From Somniosus microcephalus (Eukaryota): DNA of 64,000 bases. The notes under the pieces were generated by a model, which was given only the letters and a program-made list of their open reading frames with translations, made no database searches and was not told the DNA's origin. This document shows positions 1 to 11,188 of the stretch, in pieces (the first letter of the stretch is position 1; each line of letters starts with the position of its first letter). The DNA is taken from the NCBI GenBank assembly GCA_052327205.1, contig CM126207.1, positions 43,462,001 to 43,526,000 on the forward strand, written 5' to 3'. Position numbers and translations under genes: made by a program.

Positions 1-47
1 TTTCTTCAGTTAGATCTTTCTGTGTTTGATCTTTATTCTTTTCACAG

Positions 48-141
48 CCACGAAGAGTATTTCTCGGGTCGGCCATATGGAGCACTGGATTCTGGTTTCA
101 ATAGTGTTGACAGTGGAGATAAGAGGTGGTCAGGGAATGAG
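48..141 (+). CDS. LRCH3: LRCH3 exon (HEEYFSGRPYGALDSGFNSVDSGDKRWSGNE)
   Basis: ttcacag acceptor and gtacat donor; DSGFNSVDSGDKRWSGNE is the conserved LRCH-family motif after the LRRs. Confidence 0.95.
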
Positions 142-858
142 GTACATGACGCGGTGCCTTTTTAAAACAATACTTGGAGCAGATATAACCAGTGTTTAAG
201 AACCATTACAAGCAACAGTAGCAAAAAAAAAAATGACTTCCATACCTTTATATCTATACACTGACCTTAATGAAAATTAGCACTGACAACTCCCTCATTG
301 TTCCTGATCAATACATTTCTTCCTGTGCTTGCTGCAGTGGGATAGTGGCTCGTCAGTTGGCTCCTCCTGGCACTTAATGGTTCAATTACTGTAGTCCCTC
401 ATGTTGCTTGATGATTGCTGCACTGTCCATTTTGGAAGCCTATGGTCAAACTGTTAATACCAGTCAATCTTTTATGTCACCAGGATTGCTGGTTCTTGGC
501 TAGCCAGTTCTTATACTACACTTTTTTAAAAACATTCTTTGTCTCTCCCACTGAGTAATTGTCTATTTACTAATGTATCTCTTTCAATTATTAATAAGAC
601 AATATCCATTTAAATCTGAATTTACAGTCATGCATCAGTGTCTGAGTAGTAATAGTGACAAATGCTGTCCAGTTGTGCAACCTCTGTATATTGCTATCCC
701 ATGTATGTTAAAACCCACATGATACTTAGACAGGTAGGCATATCCTAACATAACTGTTTTTGTTTGTTGCTTTACAGTATCCCTTGTGTAAGGCCCATTA
801 CTGCGGTATTTAGGTTATGTTATATGTGTAAAATAAAGCCTTGCCTTTCTTATTGCAG

Positions 859-979
859 CCCACAGATGAGTTTTCAGACCTCCCACAGCGAATGGCTGAA
901 ATTGCAAAGGAGCAGCGACAGCGACGAGAGAGTCAGCATCACGAACATAGAGCTGTACCACCCGTGACAAATGGCACAG
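859..979 (+). CDS. LRCH3: LRCH3 exon (PTDEFSDLPQRMAEIAKEQRQRRESQHHEHRAVPPVTNGT)
   Basis: ttgcag acceptor, gtaaag donor, phase 0->1; resembles recalled mammalian LRCH3 PTDEFSDLPLRVAEITKEQR. Confidence 0.93.
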
Positions 980-2051
980 GTAAAGTAAATCCAGAGTGAG
1001 ACAGACACAACCTCAGTAATTGAATAAGTGCGGTCATGATAGATGATACACCCAGTGAAAATGAAGAAACATTCTGTGCTTGTTAGCATTTCTTTCTTTT
1101 ATAACTTGGCATACGTGCTACATATCAGCCATAGAATGGAGGTTCATTCAGTCTGCAAACAGATTGTAAAGGATACTACCATCAGACATGAGAATATCTA
1201 ATAAATCTTAAAATTTGCATGGCAAGTAGTTTTACAGAAAATGGAATATTCATTTTCTTAGGCTGCTGTTATTGTGACTTCAGATATTTTAAGTGGTTGA
1301 ACAAGCTTTGTTCTCTTGCAGGTTTTTCAGATACTTTCATTCTAAGGTCTGCCATAGTTTCTTTTAAAACCAGAAACTTGCCCTGTTAAACCAACTTCTT
1401 TCACTTTGAATAACCCATACACATATACAAATACTGTTGTTCAGTTTATGTATAACATTCTTTTATTCTCCAAGTAACAGAATTCTGATTCTGCTGTGAC
1501 CCCTGATTATTATGCAAAAGGTCCAATCAGGAAGTTAAACTATGCATCCGGATATTGTTTCAATTAGTAGTGTATCTTATTTTCAGATTGTTTGGTAGAG
1601 TCTTGGCAATTGTGTAACTAGCAGGGGGTAGAGGGAGAGCAGATCTGCATACTTATAATCCATGCTATGGAATGATACAGTTCAGTTCCAAACTCAAGAT
1701 TCCCCATTTGCTGAGCTCTTGATTCCTGCCAGGACCAGCAGGTCAGACTTCCTTTGAGACAGAAGTTGGTAGGGCTCTTAACTTTCATTTGCACTCCCTG
1801 CTTGCTCATTATTTGAGCATTAGTGAGGCATGGGAACAAGTCATTGCTCACTAACTAGTTTGAAGGTGAATGAGCAGCATAGCATGGGAGGCAAAATGTG
1901 AGAAAAATAAATTAGGACTACCACCACCCCCAAACATACTTTGGTTTTAATCCACAACAAATTTGTTATAATGAAAGACTTAATTCATTGGTGAAATACA
2001 ATAATTATTCCAATAAATGCATTCTAAATATAGCAATTCTGTCTACCCTAT

Positions 2052-2362
2052 TGATATACCTATCAATTCATCCAATGAAAAGCGACGAGTTAAGAAAGTA
2101 ACTATAGGTTTTTATTGGCTAAATAACAGAGCCCACCCTCGTGGGTGATCGGATCCAACAAGGAGGAATACCAGCCAGTCAACCACCTTTATACCTGGGC
2201 AGGTAGGTGGAGCCATGGGCGGAGTCAGCAGTGGTCAGCCCAGGTATAACAGCGTGACAAGAGGCGACCTCGTATAGTGATACAACAGTGTGAACAGTGA
2301 TAACGATATAACAGTGATAACTATAGTGTAACGATAGTGAACGATAAAAGTGGTTTACCACA
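2052..2362 (-). repeat. 3' LTR of element A
   Basis: Direct repeat of 6385-6695; preceded on the element strand by the purine tract AAACAAGGGGCGAA. Confidence 0.97.
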
Positions 2363-3207
2363 TTCGCCCCTTGTTTAGATTTGAGTCCGGCGGGGTGAAG
2401 TGTACTACCATTTCTGGTAAGTCAGTCTGTCCGGAGGCCTCGTAAGCCTTTCTGATCGTCGCAGCGGCGGTGTTGCATTCTCCGGTGTTGATGCTGGTGT
2501 CTGCGTGGTCGGCGAAGGTTCGTGGGGTTCCGGCATGCCGTCTACCTGAGCTGGAAGTGGGGGGGGTTAAAGGTGGTGTCTCCGGAATGCCCGAGGGTGC
2601 GAGGTCTCGCAAGGAGACTGTGTCCTCCCGCCCGTCCGGGTAAGCCACATAAGCGTACTGGGGGTTGGCGTGCAGGAGGTTCACCTTCTCGACCAGGGGG
2701 TCCGTTTTATGGGTCCTCGCGTGCTTTCGCAGCAGGACGGGCCCCGGGGAGGTCAGCCAGGTTGGTAGTGTGGTTCCCGTAGTCGACTTCCTGGGGAAAA
2801 CAAACATTCGTTCATGGGGGGGTGGCGTTAATGGCAGTGCAAAGTAGTGACCAGATGGAGTGCAGGGCTGCCGGGAGGACTTCCTGCCAGCGGGAGGTTG
2901 GGAGGCCCTTAGACTTTAAGGCTAAGAGGACGGCCTTCCATACCGTCGCGTTCTCTCTTTCTACCTGGCCGTTCCCTCGGGGGTTGTAGCTGGTGGTCCT
3001 GCTTGCAGCAATACCTCTCGCTAGTAGGAACTGACGGAGTTCCTCGCTCATGAAGGAGGAGCCCCGGTCACTATGTATATAGTTTGGGAACCCGAACAAG
3101 GTGAAGAGGTCGTTCAGGCATTTGATGACCGTGGTACTGGTCATGTCTGGGCAGGGGAAGGCAAAGGGGAAACGGGAGTACTCCAACGATGTTGAGGAAG
3201 TACACAT
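2355..3207 (-). pseudogene. Integrase core and C-terminus of element A, split by frameshifts
   Basis: EYSRFPFAFP, HSDRGSSF and PRGNGQVER motifs; apparent 2-nt deletion near 3184 and +1 in the G7 run at 2816-2822. Confidence 0.9.
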
Positions 3208-5690
3208 TACGGTCAGAGGACGGGAGGGGCCCCTTAAAGTCGATGCTCAGGTGCTCGAAGGGGCGGGTGGCCTTGATCAGGCTTGCTCTGTCCGGCCTAA
3301 TGAAGTGCGGTTTGCACTCGGCACCGGTCTGGCAGTTCCTGGTCATGGTCCTGACCTCCTCGATGGAGTATGGCAGGTTGCGGGCCTTAATGAAGTGGTA
3401 AAGTCTGGTGACCCCGGGGTGGCAGAGGTCGTTGTGGAGGGTCTGAAGTCTATCACTTTGCGCGCTGACGCATGTAATTCGTGACAGAGCATCAGGGGGA
3501 TCGTTCAGCTTACCTGGCCGGTACAAGATATCATAATCATAGGTGGATAGTTCGATTCTCCACCTCAATATCTTGTCATTCTTGATTTTGCCCCTCAGCT
3601 TGTTATTAAACATAAAAGCGACCGAACGCTGGTCGGTGAGGAGGGTAAATCGTTTGCCTGCCAGGTAATGCCTCCAGTGTCGTACCGCCTCCACAATCGC
3701 TTGGGCCTCCTTCTCGACCGACGAGTGTCGGATCTCAGGGCCCTGTAGGGTCCTTGAGAAGAAGGCCACTGGTCTCCCCTCCTGGTTAAGGGTAGCGGCT
3801 AGGGCGAAGTCGGATGCATCGCTCTCCACTTGGAAGGGGATGGACTCATCCACTGCGTGCATTGTGGCCTTGGCGATGTCTCCCTTAATGAGGGAGAAGG
3901 CTGCGCATGCTTCCTCCGTAAGGGGGAAGGATGTGGACTTCATGAGGGGTCTGGCTTTGTCTGCATAATTGGGCACCCATTGGGCATAGTAGGCGAAGAG
4001 CCCCAGGGTTCTCTTCAGAGCCTTTGGACAGTGGGGGAGGGGTAGCTCCATGAGGGGACGCATTCTTTCGGGGTCGGGGCCGATGACTCCGTTCTCTACT
4101 ACACAGCCGAGGATGGCAAGGCGCGAGGTGTTAAACACACATTTCTCCTTATTGTAGGTGAGGTTCAGCCGTTGGGCCGTACGGAGGAATCTCTCCAGAT
4201 TAACGTCATGGTCCTGCCGGTCGCGGCCGCAGATGGTGACGTTATCTAGGTAGGGGAACGTGGCATGCAGCCCGTTCTGGTCAACCATCCGGTCCATCTC
4301 CCTTTGGAAGACCGAAACCCCGTTGGTGACGCCGAAGGGAACCCTAAGGAAGTGGTAGAGGCGGCCGTTCGCCTCGAAGGCTGTATACTGGCGGTCCTCA
4401 GGGCGGATGGGGAGTTGGTGATAGGCCGACTTAAGGTCGATGGTGGAGAATACCCGGTACTGCGCAATCTGATTGACCATATCAGATATGCGGGGAAGGG
4501 GGTATGCGTCCAGCTGGGTGTACCTGTTTATGGTCTGGCTGTAGTCGATGACCAGGCGGTTTTTATTGCCGGTCTTAACGACCACGACCTGGGCACGCCA
4601 GGGGCTGGTGCTCCCCTCGATGATGCCCTCCTTCAGGAGACGCTGCACCTCAGAGCTAATGAAAGCTCTGTCCCCGGCGCTGTACCGCCTGCTCTTGGTC
4701 GCGACGGGTTTGCAGTCGGGGGTGAGGTTAGCGAACAGGGAAGGTGGCGGGACCTTGAGGGTGGATAGGCCGCAGGTGTTACGCGGTGGGCGGTTTAAAA
4801 TCTGTTGGTTGTCGACTGTGAGTGGGGGGAGGGGTCCGCCGTATGCTAGCGTGACGCTTTGGAGGTGGGATTGGAAGTCTAGCCCTAGTAGGACGGCGGC
4901 GCATAGCTGGGGAAGGACGAGGAGTTTAAAATTTTTATACTCCGTACCCTTAACCGATAGGGTCACAACACAGTAGCCGCTGATGTCTGTGGCGTGGGAT
5001 CTCGATGCCATCGAGATCCGGTTGCGCGTTGGCAGGACAGGGAGGGAGTAGTGGCTCACCGTGTCTGGGTGGATGAAACTCTCCGTGCTTCCGCTGTCGA
5101 ACAGGCAGGTCGTGGCGTGGCCGTTTACTCTGATGTCCATCATTGACTTGGACAGGTGATGCGGGCGGGCTTGGTCCAGTGAGACGGAGGCTAGTGTATA
5201 GCTGAGCGAGTCGTTGTAATCTGCGGGTGAGGCGGTAGTCGGGTCTAGAGGCATGGTGGCGGTCGAGCGTGGTGGGTGAAATGGTGTCTCCCACGAGGTT
5301 GGACAAAATGGCGGAGAAGATGGCTGCCCCCGTAACTCACATGAGGCACTGCTGGTGTCGGTTGCCTGTATCAAAGATGGCCGCCCCCATGAGTCACATG
5401 TGGGGATGCTGGCCTCTGTTGCCTTGAAGGAAGATGGCCGCCCCCACAGCTCACATGAGGCACTGCTGGCCTCTGATGATCCACCTCTGCAGGCCTTAGC
5501 GAAGTGGCCTTTCTTCATACAGTTTGAGCAGGTAGAGTTCCTGGCTGGGCAGCGCGACCTCGGGTGTTTCGCCTGGCCACAGAAGAAGCAGCCGGCGGCC
5601 CGATCGCGGGGGTCCGATGTCGGAGCCGGTACCAGGGGTGGCGGTCTCGATCGGGCCCGGGACGCCGACGCTGAGGTAGGTCCCGGGGGG
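3071..5690 (-). CDS. Zinc knuckles, protease, RT, RNase H and integrase N-terminus of element A
   Basis: Track ORF 3071-5518 extends upstream in frame to CFFCGQAKHPRSRC and CSNCMKKGHFAKAC; LFDSGS protease; PFGVTNG and YLDN RT; SDAS...TDQ RNase H. Confidence 0.93.
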
Positions 5691-6362
5691 GGGTGCTGCG
5701 GGGGGTATCGCGGTCGGGGTCGGTCCCAAGTCCCAGGGTCGCGAGTTACAGTACCTTGAGTAGGCCTCGAGGTCCCGATGGGCCACTTCTAGAGAGAGAG
5801 CAAGGGCTGCAGCTTTGTCCAGGTCAAGGTCCCTTGCTTCCAGTAGTCTTTGCCGTGAGTAGTCGGACCGCAGGCCTTTCACGAAGGCATCGCGGACATT
5901 GTCTTCAGTATTTTCTGCCGCCGTTACCGCTTTAAAGTTACAGTCTCTGCCGAGTGCTTGTAGCACCCGTAAAAATTCCTCCACGGGCTCTCCTGGCTGT
6001 TGCGGGCGGGATCTTAGGAGGTGTCTGGCATACATGGAATTTACCGGGGTTTGGGACTGTCTTTTCAGCCGGTTGATGGTGTCCTCGTATGTTTTGAGGT
6101 CCCGGATGAGTGCGAATACTTTAGGGCTCACTTGGGCATTCAGAACTCTTAGCATGGATTTCTGAGGCACGCCGGATTCTCCCAGGTAGGCTTCGAAGCA
6201 GCTCAGCCAGTGTTCAAAGTCGAGGGCTGAGTTTGCTGCCTGTGGATTTAGACCCAGGTACGGTGGTCTGAGGGCTCGCAGCCAGGCAGGCTGCTGTGGC
6301 TGTTGTAGCTGGGCGTCTGGCTGGTCGCTTGGCTGGTCGTTTGACTGTCCAGGTGTCGACAT
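5496..6362 (-). CDS. Gag (capsid-like) of element A, out of frame with the zinc knuckles after ~5690
   Basis: 288-aa ORF whose ATG lies 22 nt from the 5' LTR; RPQQPGEPVEEF and VRDAFVKGL gag motifs. Confidence 0.88.
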   Translation of the reverse strand: MSTPGQSNDQPSDQPDAQLQQPQQPAWLRALRPPYLGLNPQAANSALDFEHWLSCFEAYLGESGVPQKSMLRVLNAQVSPKVFALIRDLKTYEDTINRLKRQSQTPVNSMYARHLLRSRPQQPGEPVEEFLRVLQALGRDCNFKAVTAAENTEDNVRDAFVKGLRSDYSRQRLLEARDLDLDKAAALALSLEVAHRDLEAYSRYCNSRPWDLGPTPTAIPPAAPPPGTYLSVGVPGPIETATPGTGSDIGPPRSGRRLLLLWPGETPEVALPSQELYLLKLYEERPLR

Positions 6363-6384
6363 TTTAAAATTTAGCCAATAAAAT

Positions 6385-6695
6385 TGATATACCTATCAAT
6401 TCATCCAATGAAAAGCGACGAGTTAAGAAAGTAACTATAGGTTTTTATTGGCTAAATAACAGAGCCCACCCTCGTGGGTGATCGGATCCAACAAGGAGGA
6501 ATACCAGCCAGTCGACCACCTTTATACCTGGGCAGGTAGGTGGAGCCATGGGCGGAGTCAGCAGTGGTCAGCCCAGGTATAACAGCGTGACAAGAGGCGA
6601 CCTCGTATAGTGATACAACAGTGTGAACAGTGATAACGATATAACAATGAAAACTATAGTGTAACGATAGTGAACGATAAAAGTGGTTTACCACA
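6385..6695 (-). repeat. 5' LTR of element A
   Basis: TATAAA near 6521-6526 and AATAAA near 6444-6449 on the minus strand; TG...CA ends. Confidence 0.97.
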
Positions 6696-6707
6696 CCTAT
6701 AATGAAC

Positions 6708-7140
6708 CATAGAAGTCTACAGCATCAGACGAGGCCATTCAGCCCATCATGTTTGTGCCAGCTCTTTGCTAGAACAATCCAGAACTAATCTCACTGCCCT
6801 GCTGTCTCCCCATAGCCTTGTGACTTTTTTTGTTTCAAACATTTATCCAGTTTTCCCTTAAATCGTGCAATTGGTCTCTGCATCAACCACTCCCAGCAGC
6901 AAAGCATTCCGTGCTCCAGCAACCGTTTGTGTAAAGAAATTTCTCCTAATCTCTCCCTCCACTCTTTAAGTGATGACCCCCCACCCACCCCGTCACTGAC
7001 TCCCCAACCAGAGGCAGTAGTCTTTTCAAATTCACTCTAAAACCTTTAATACTTTTTTTTTAAAACTTTTTTAAATCTCTTCTGCTCCAATGGAAATAGT
7101 CAATGTACCTCAAGCCCCTCCTCATATCTATAACTTCTCA
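6708..7140 (-). mobile_element. Degenerate CR1-type LINE 3' fragment
   Basis: catagaa...ggccattcagccc tail typical of CR1 3' ends; minus-strand remnant FKGKLDKCLK. Confidence 0.65.
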
Positions 7141-7146
7141 TAACCA

Positions 7147-7694
7147 CAGTCCCCACTGATTTATAGCGGGTGCATTTGAGCAAGCGCAATCTACCCGCTA
7201 TACACAATGTCGAGTATAACAGTTATTGTGTGCTAAACCAAGTTGCTCTCACTGGGGTTGCGGTATTTATCTCTCAGTTGCCCTCACTGGAACTGTTTAC
7301 CTCAGCCAATTTCCCAGGATAATCTCTGTGGCACCTTCTTGAAGTGTTTCTTTCCAAGGAGATGCACTGTAAACAGTGAGTTTCGGCCCAAGCTGGGAGG
7401 GAGAGCTTGCGGCTCTGACTCGGGCGCTGACTCCAGGCAAACTGGGCAGATCAGTGACGGGTAGAAAGATCCCTTAGAGAGAGAGAACCCACCAACTCCC
7501 AGAAACTCTGACTCCGACCCCAGGCAAACCGGGCAGGTCAGTGACAGGTAAAAATTCTGCCTGAAATAAACGGAGCACTAAAGACGCTATAACTGGCAAC
7601 TGTCAAATTGACAATGCAAATAGTTAATGGTTTTTGCTTTTTGGCCAATATAAGTGACTGCCCTTTTTAAACGTGCATGTTTTAAGTGGGACTG
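7147..7694. mobile_element. Probable Tc1/mariner(Tigger)-type MITE with an internal ~50-bp duplication
   Basis: Ends cagtccccact and agtgggactg|ta; internal repeat 7413-7466 vs 7507-7554. Confidence 0.5.
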
Positions 7695-7933
7695 TATAGC
7701 TTGACTTCCCAGGGATCATCCTGGTGAATCTACGGTGTATGCTCTCAATGGCTTTAATGCCTTTTCTATACTATGGTTCCCAAAACTGCACCGCCACAAA
7801 TAGTTTCAGTAATTTGCTATGAAAGAGATTATAGAAAAGCAAAGACTAAAATAGTAGTCACAGTGGATGTTTTGTGAGGTAAATAATTTGCAAACCGTAG
7901 CAGGTTGAAATTATTTTTATATCTTTATTCCAG

Positions 7934-8082
7934 TTGAACATGACCTAGAGCAGATTGATTACATTGATAGCTGTGCAACAGAGGAAGAGGAGGAGGAAAT
8001 ACGATTGTCAAAGCGTCCTGACTCCACCAGCCTCAGCTCACAATTCATAGCATATATTGAACGACGGCGTATTAACTATGAG
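7934..8082 (+). CDS. LRCH3: LRCH3 exon (VEHDLEQIDYIDSCATEEEEEEIRLSKRPDSTSLSSQFIAYIERRRINYE)
   Basis: ttccag acceptor, gtaact donor, phase 1->0; EHDLxQIDYIDSC and SLSSQFxAYIE motifs. Confidence 0.95.
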
Positions 8083-8529
8083 GTAACTCTTACAGCCATC
8101 AGTTCTTGACTAAAAACGATGAGAATATTTGCATGTAAAGGCTATATGATTAAGAATAGTAGTTTACTGGAACAATGTATATCTATAGATATTTTAATTT
8201 ACTAGTTAGACTTTGCACCATCTTTGTTAATAGAATAACCTCTTGTGCAGGATATTATTCTGTTGCTGTTTTCTTGTATGAATGAAATTTATGGCCAAAG
8301 ATAAATATTTGGATGGTTGTTTGTGCATGCAATACAGTGTACAGATGTGTAAAAAACCATCATAAACCATTCTTTATATATTTCATTGCTGGCTAATAAA
8401 TTTTGATTACTACAACATATTCCATTTCACAACACTGGTTTATATAATTATAGTTCCACAGTGTTTTATAGGGCAGGATTGTAACTGATAAATCTAATGT
8501 TGAAGGGTTTTTCTTTTCCTCCTTTGAAG

Positions 8530-8606
8530 GCCCCCCCAGCGAAATCAAAGCCCATCGGAGATCCACAAAGAACTGAGAATGGGAGGGGCTGGCTACAACA
8601 GAACAG
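8530..8606 (+). CDS. LRCH3: LRCH3 exon (APPAKSKPIGDPQRTENGRGWLQQN)
   Basis: Pyrimidine tract plus gaag acceptor, gtattg donor, phase 0->2; size and ending fit the mammalian exon ending LHQNR. Confidence 0.85.
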
Positions 8607-9039
8607 GTATTGCCTTCGACTTCATCTTGGAGCAAATTTACATGAAATAATGAAGAATGGTTGTATAGTTGAAATTACAAATGTATTTCAAATCCAGAGC
8701 ATCCTGAAAATAATTTTACTGGATATATAATCTCTGTTGCTGCAACACATTAGGGCTTATAATTGTAACAGCCAAGACAGGTGAACAGAAAAAAAGTTAT
8801 TTTATCATGCCCTTTATATATTTCAAATGTAAGTAAAACATTTTTAAGATTTGATAGTACCTCAAAATATTCCAAATATGGAAGTACAGTATCAAGGTGC
8901 ATTGTTGATTGTGTAGTAGTTATTTAATAACTATTACTGGGATGTGACATTCTTTAAATTATTGTACAGTAATTTATTGTCTGTTACATATGAATACTGT
9001 TTGAGTGAAAGGCACTTTGTAGAGAGGTTATTCTACGTT

Positions 9040-9430
9040 CTCCAGTGGTACAGTGGGTAAACGCACTGCTTAGTGGTTATAATAAGACATACAGGCCTCA
9101 ATAGACTCTTGTTTGATCTCTAGCTTGTGCTAATTTAGCTGATCTCCGTTAGGGTGCTCAACTTAACCTCAGTGACCTGAACTGGGAGAGAGGAAAAATC
9201 AGCCAGGGTTCCTGCTCCTGATCATTTTCCAGTAATTTCTTCTGGAAAGTGCGCCAGTGCACACATCAAATTGACTCTTCTAAGATTCCCCCAACCATCA
9301 TCAAATAGTCTACTGACACTCTCTAACTAGGCTCATGCATGAAGATGTTATTTTGGAACGGTACTGAAGTCTGCTGGCATTCATACACCCGTATTCCAGT
9401 GTGAATTTACACCTTCAGGGGAGGAGAAAC
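9040..9430 (+). mobile_element. Old SINE-like repeat (family recurring in this window)
   Basis: Shares ggaaaaatcagccagggttcctgctcctgatc and ttagctgatctc blocks with copies near 39010, 40720 and 42620. Confidence 0.6.
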
Positions 9431-9519
9431 AACAGGAAATTCAGGGAACATCGATTTAACAGAAACAATTTCTTGTGTGCATTCTTCATTTAAAAAGTGA
9501 ACCAGAAATAATAGGGAGA

Positions 9520-10000
9520 TCGAACTAATCCAGGGAGCTATAGATTTGTTGGCTTAACATCAGTGGTAGGAAAGATACTAGAATCCTTGCTAAAAGATCA
9601 GATAACAAAACATCTAGAGATGGAGAATATAATAACAAAACATGGATTTCTAAAAGGAAGGTCATGTTTAACCAACCTCATTGAATTCTTTGAAGTAACA
9701 GAAAGAGTAGACAGGGGCAAAGCTGTGGGTGTGGTATACATGTTCTTTCAAGCCTTTGATAAGGTTCCACGTAATAGATTTATGACAACGGTCAAGGCGT
9801 ATGGAGTCAGGTAGCAGAATGGATTGAAAGATAACTAGAAAACAGAGGATAGGAGTTTCTCTGACTGGCAGAAGGTGAGGTGGTGTTGTGCTGGGACCAC
9901 TGTTCACCATATACACAAATAATTTGGACTCAAAAATTGGAGGTATGTGTCAAAATTTGCATATTATACCAAATTGGGGGTGTAGCTGATAATGTGGAGC
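9520..10000 (+). mobile_element. CR1 LINE reverse-transcriptase fragment, degenerate
   Basis: VVGKILESLLKD, HGFLKGRSCLTNLIEFFE and AFDKVP CR1 RT motifs, with deletions and stops. Confidence 0.9.
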
Positions 10001-10243
10001 ACTGCACACTCTCGCCCTCGCTCGTTTGTTCACTGATGTGTGCTTTACGGCCTGCGCTCCCCATGGACCTCCACCTGTTACATTAACTTCATGCTCTCCT
10101 GTTCCTTTTCCCCTTCTCACTCTCTATGCCTTTCCCTCCTCTTCTCCCCTCCCCTGGCTATTTCTGTCTTCTCTTACCTTACCCATTCCCCTTTGTAAGA
10201 AGTCACACAACACCAGGTTATAGTCCAACAGCTTTATTTGAAA

Positions 10244-10280
10244 TCACAAGCTTTCGGAGCGCTGCTCCTTCTTCAGGTGA
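10244..10280 (-). ncRNA. Minimal type I hammerhead ribozyme motif (inverted copy)
   Basis: Reverse complement of 11152-11188. Confidence 0.7.
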
Positions 10281-10530
10281 AGTGGAGAAATGCATAAAGA
10301 CACAGCTTATATAGTCAGAGAATCATGTCAGATGTTTACAGGTAACCTTTCCAACTGCCATTTATCGCACCTCGGCAGAGAGATAATCACAGCAGTCAAA
10401 GGTGTGAATGGTGTCCAAACAGGTCAGTCAGGGAAACATTACATCAAAGAACAATGAGGTGGGGTCACAAGGGGTCAAATATTGCAGATGCTGGGGTCTG
10501 TATGAAAAACAAAAAAACAGACAAAAAACA

Positions 10531-10809
10531 TGCCCCGGAGCATGGTACATCGGCGAGACCATGCAGACACTGCGACAACGGATGAACGGACACCGCGCAA
10601 CAATCACCAGGCAGGAGTGTTCCCTCCCAGTCGGGGAACACTTCAGCAGTCAAGGACATTCAGCCTCCGATCTTCGGGTAAGCATTCTCCAAGGTGGCCT
10701 TCGAGACACACGACAACGCAAAATCGTCGAGCAGAAACTGATAGCCAAGTTCCGCACTCATGAGGACGGCCTCAACCGAGATCTTGGGTTCATGTCACGC
10801 TACATGTAA
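10531..10809 (+). pseudogene. C-terminal part of a Penelope GIY-YIG endonuclease
   Basis: WYIGETMQTLRQRMNGHR...VGEHF...EQKLI...GLNRD, open to the stop codon. Confidence 0.9.
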
Positions 10810-11151
10810 CCCCACCTGATGCAGGGTCATCCAGACTCGAGTCGACATTGGCTTGTTCTCTCTACACAGATGCGGCCGGACCTGCTGTGATTTCCAGCCA
10901 AAAAAAATGTTTTTTGTCTTTTTTTGTTTTTCATACAGACCCCAGCATCTGCAATATTTGACCCCTTGTGACCCCACCTCATTGTTCTTTGATGTAATGT
11001 TTCCCTGACTGACCTGTTTGGACACCATTCACACCTTTGCTGTGATTATCTCTCTGCCGAGGTGCGATAAATGGCAGTTGGAAAGGTTACCTGTAAACAT
11101 CTGACATGATTCTCTGACTATATAAGCTGTGTCTTTATGCATTTCTCCACT

Positions 11152-11188
11152 TCACCTGAAGAAGGAGCAGCGCTCCGAAAGCTTGTGA
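11152..11188 (+). ncRNA. Minimal type I hammerhead ribozyme motif
   Basis: tcac-CTGAAGA-a-GGAGC agc GCTCC-GAAA-gctt-gtga: core boxes, stem II, stem I and palindromic AAGCTT stem III, as known for Penelope elements. Confidence 0.75.

Larger units (their letters stand above)
2052..6695 (-). mobile_element. Full-length Ty3/gypsy LTR retrotransposon A (4.64 kb), coding region frameshifted
   Basis: 311-bp LTRs at 2052-2362 and 6385-6695 (TG...CA, 3 mismatches by eye); TSD CCTAT at 2047-2051 and 6696-6700; polypurine tract next to the 3' LTR; order gag-PR-RT-RNaseH-IN. Confidence 0.97.

Noticed and set aside
2522-6165. Multiple + strand ORFs of 60-170 aa inside element A
   Set aside because: Antisense shadows of GC-rich gag-pol coding sequence.
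10408-11028. Two track ORFs starting with the identical MVSKQVSQGNITSK
   Set aside because: Artefact of the Penelope inverted repeat; only 10531-10809 is true coding sequence.
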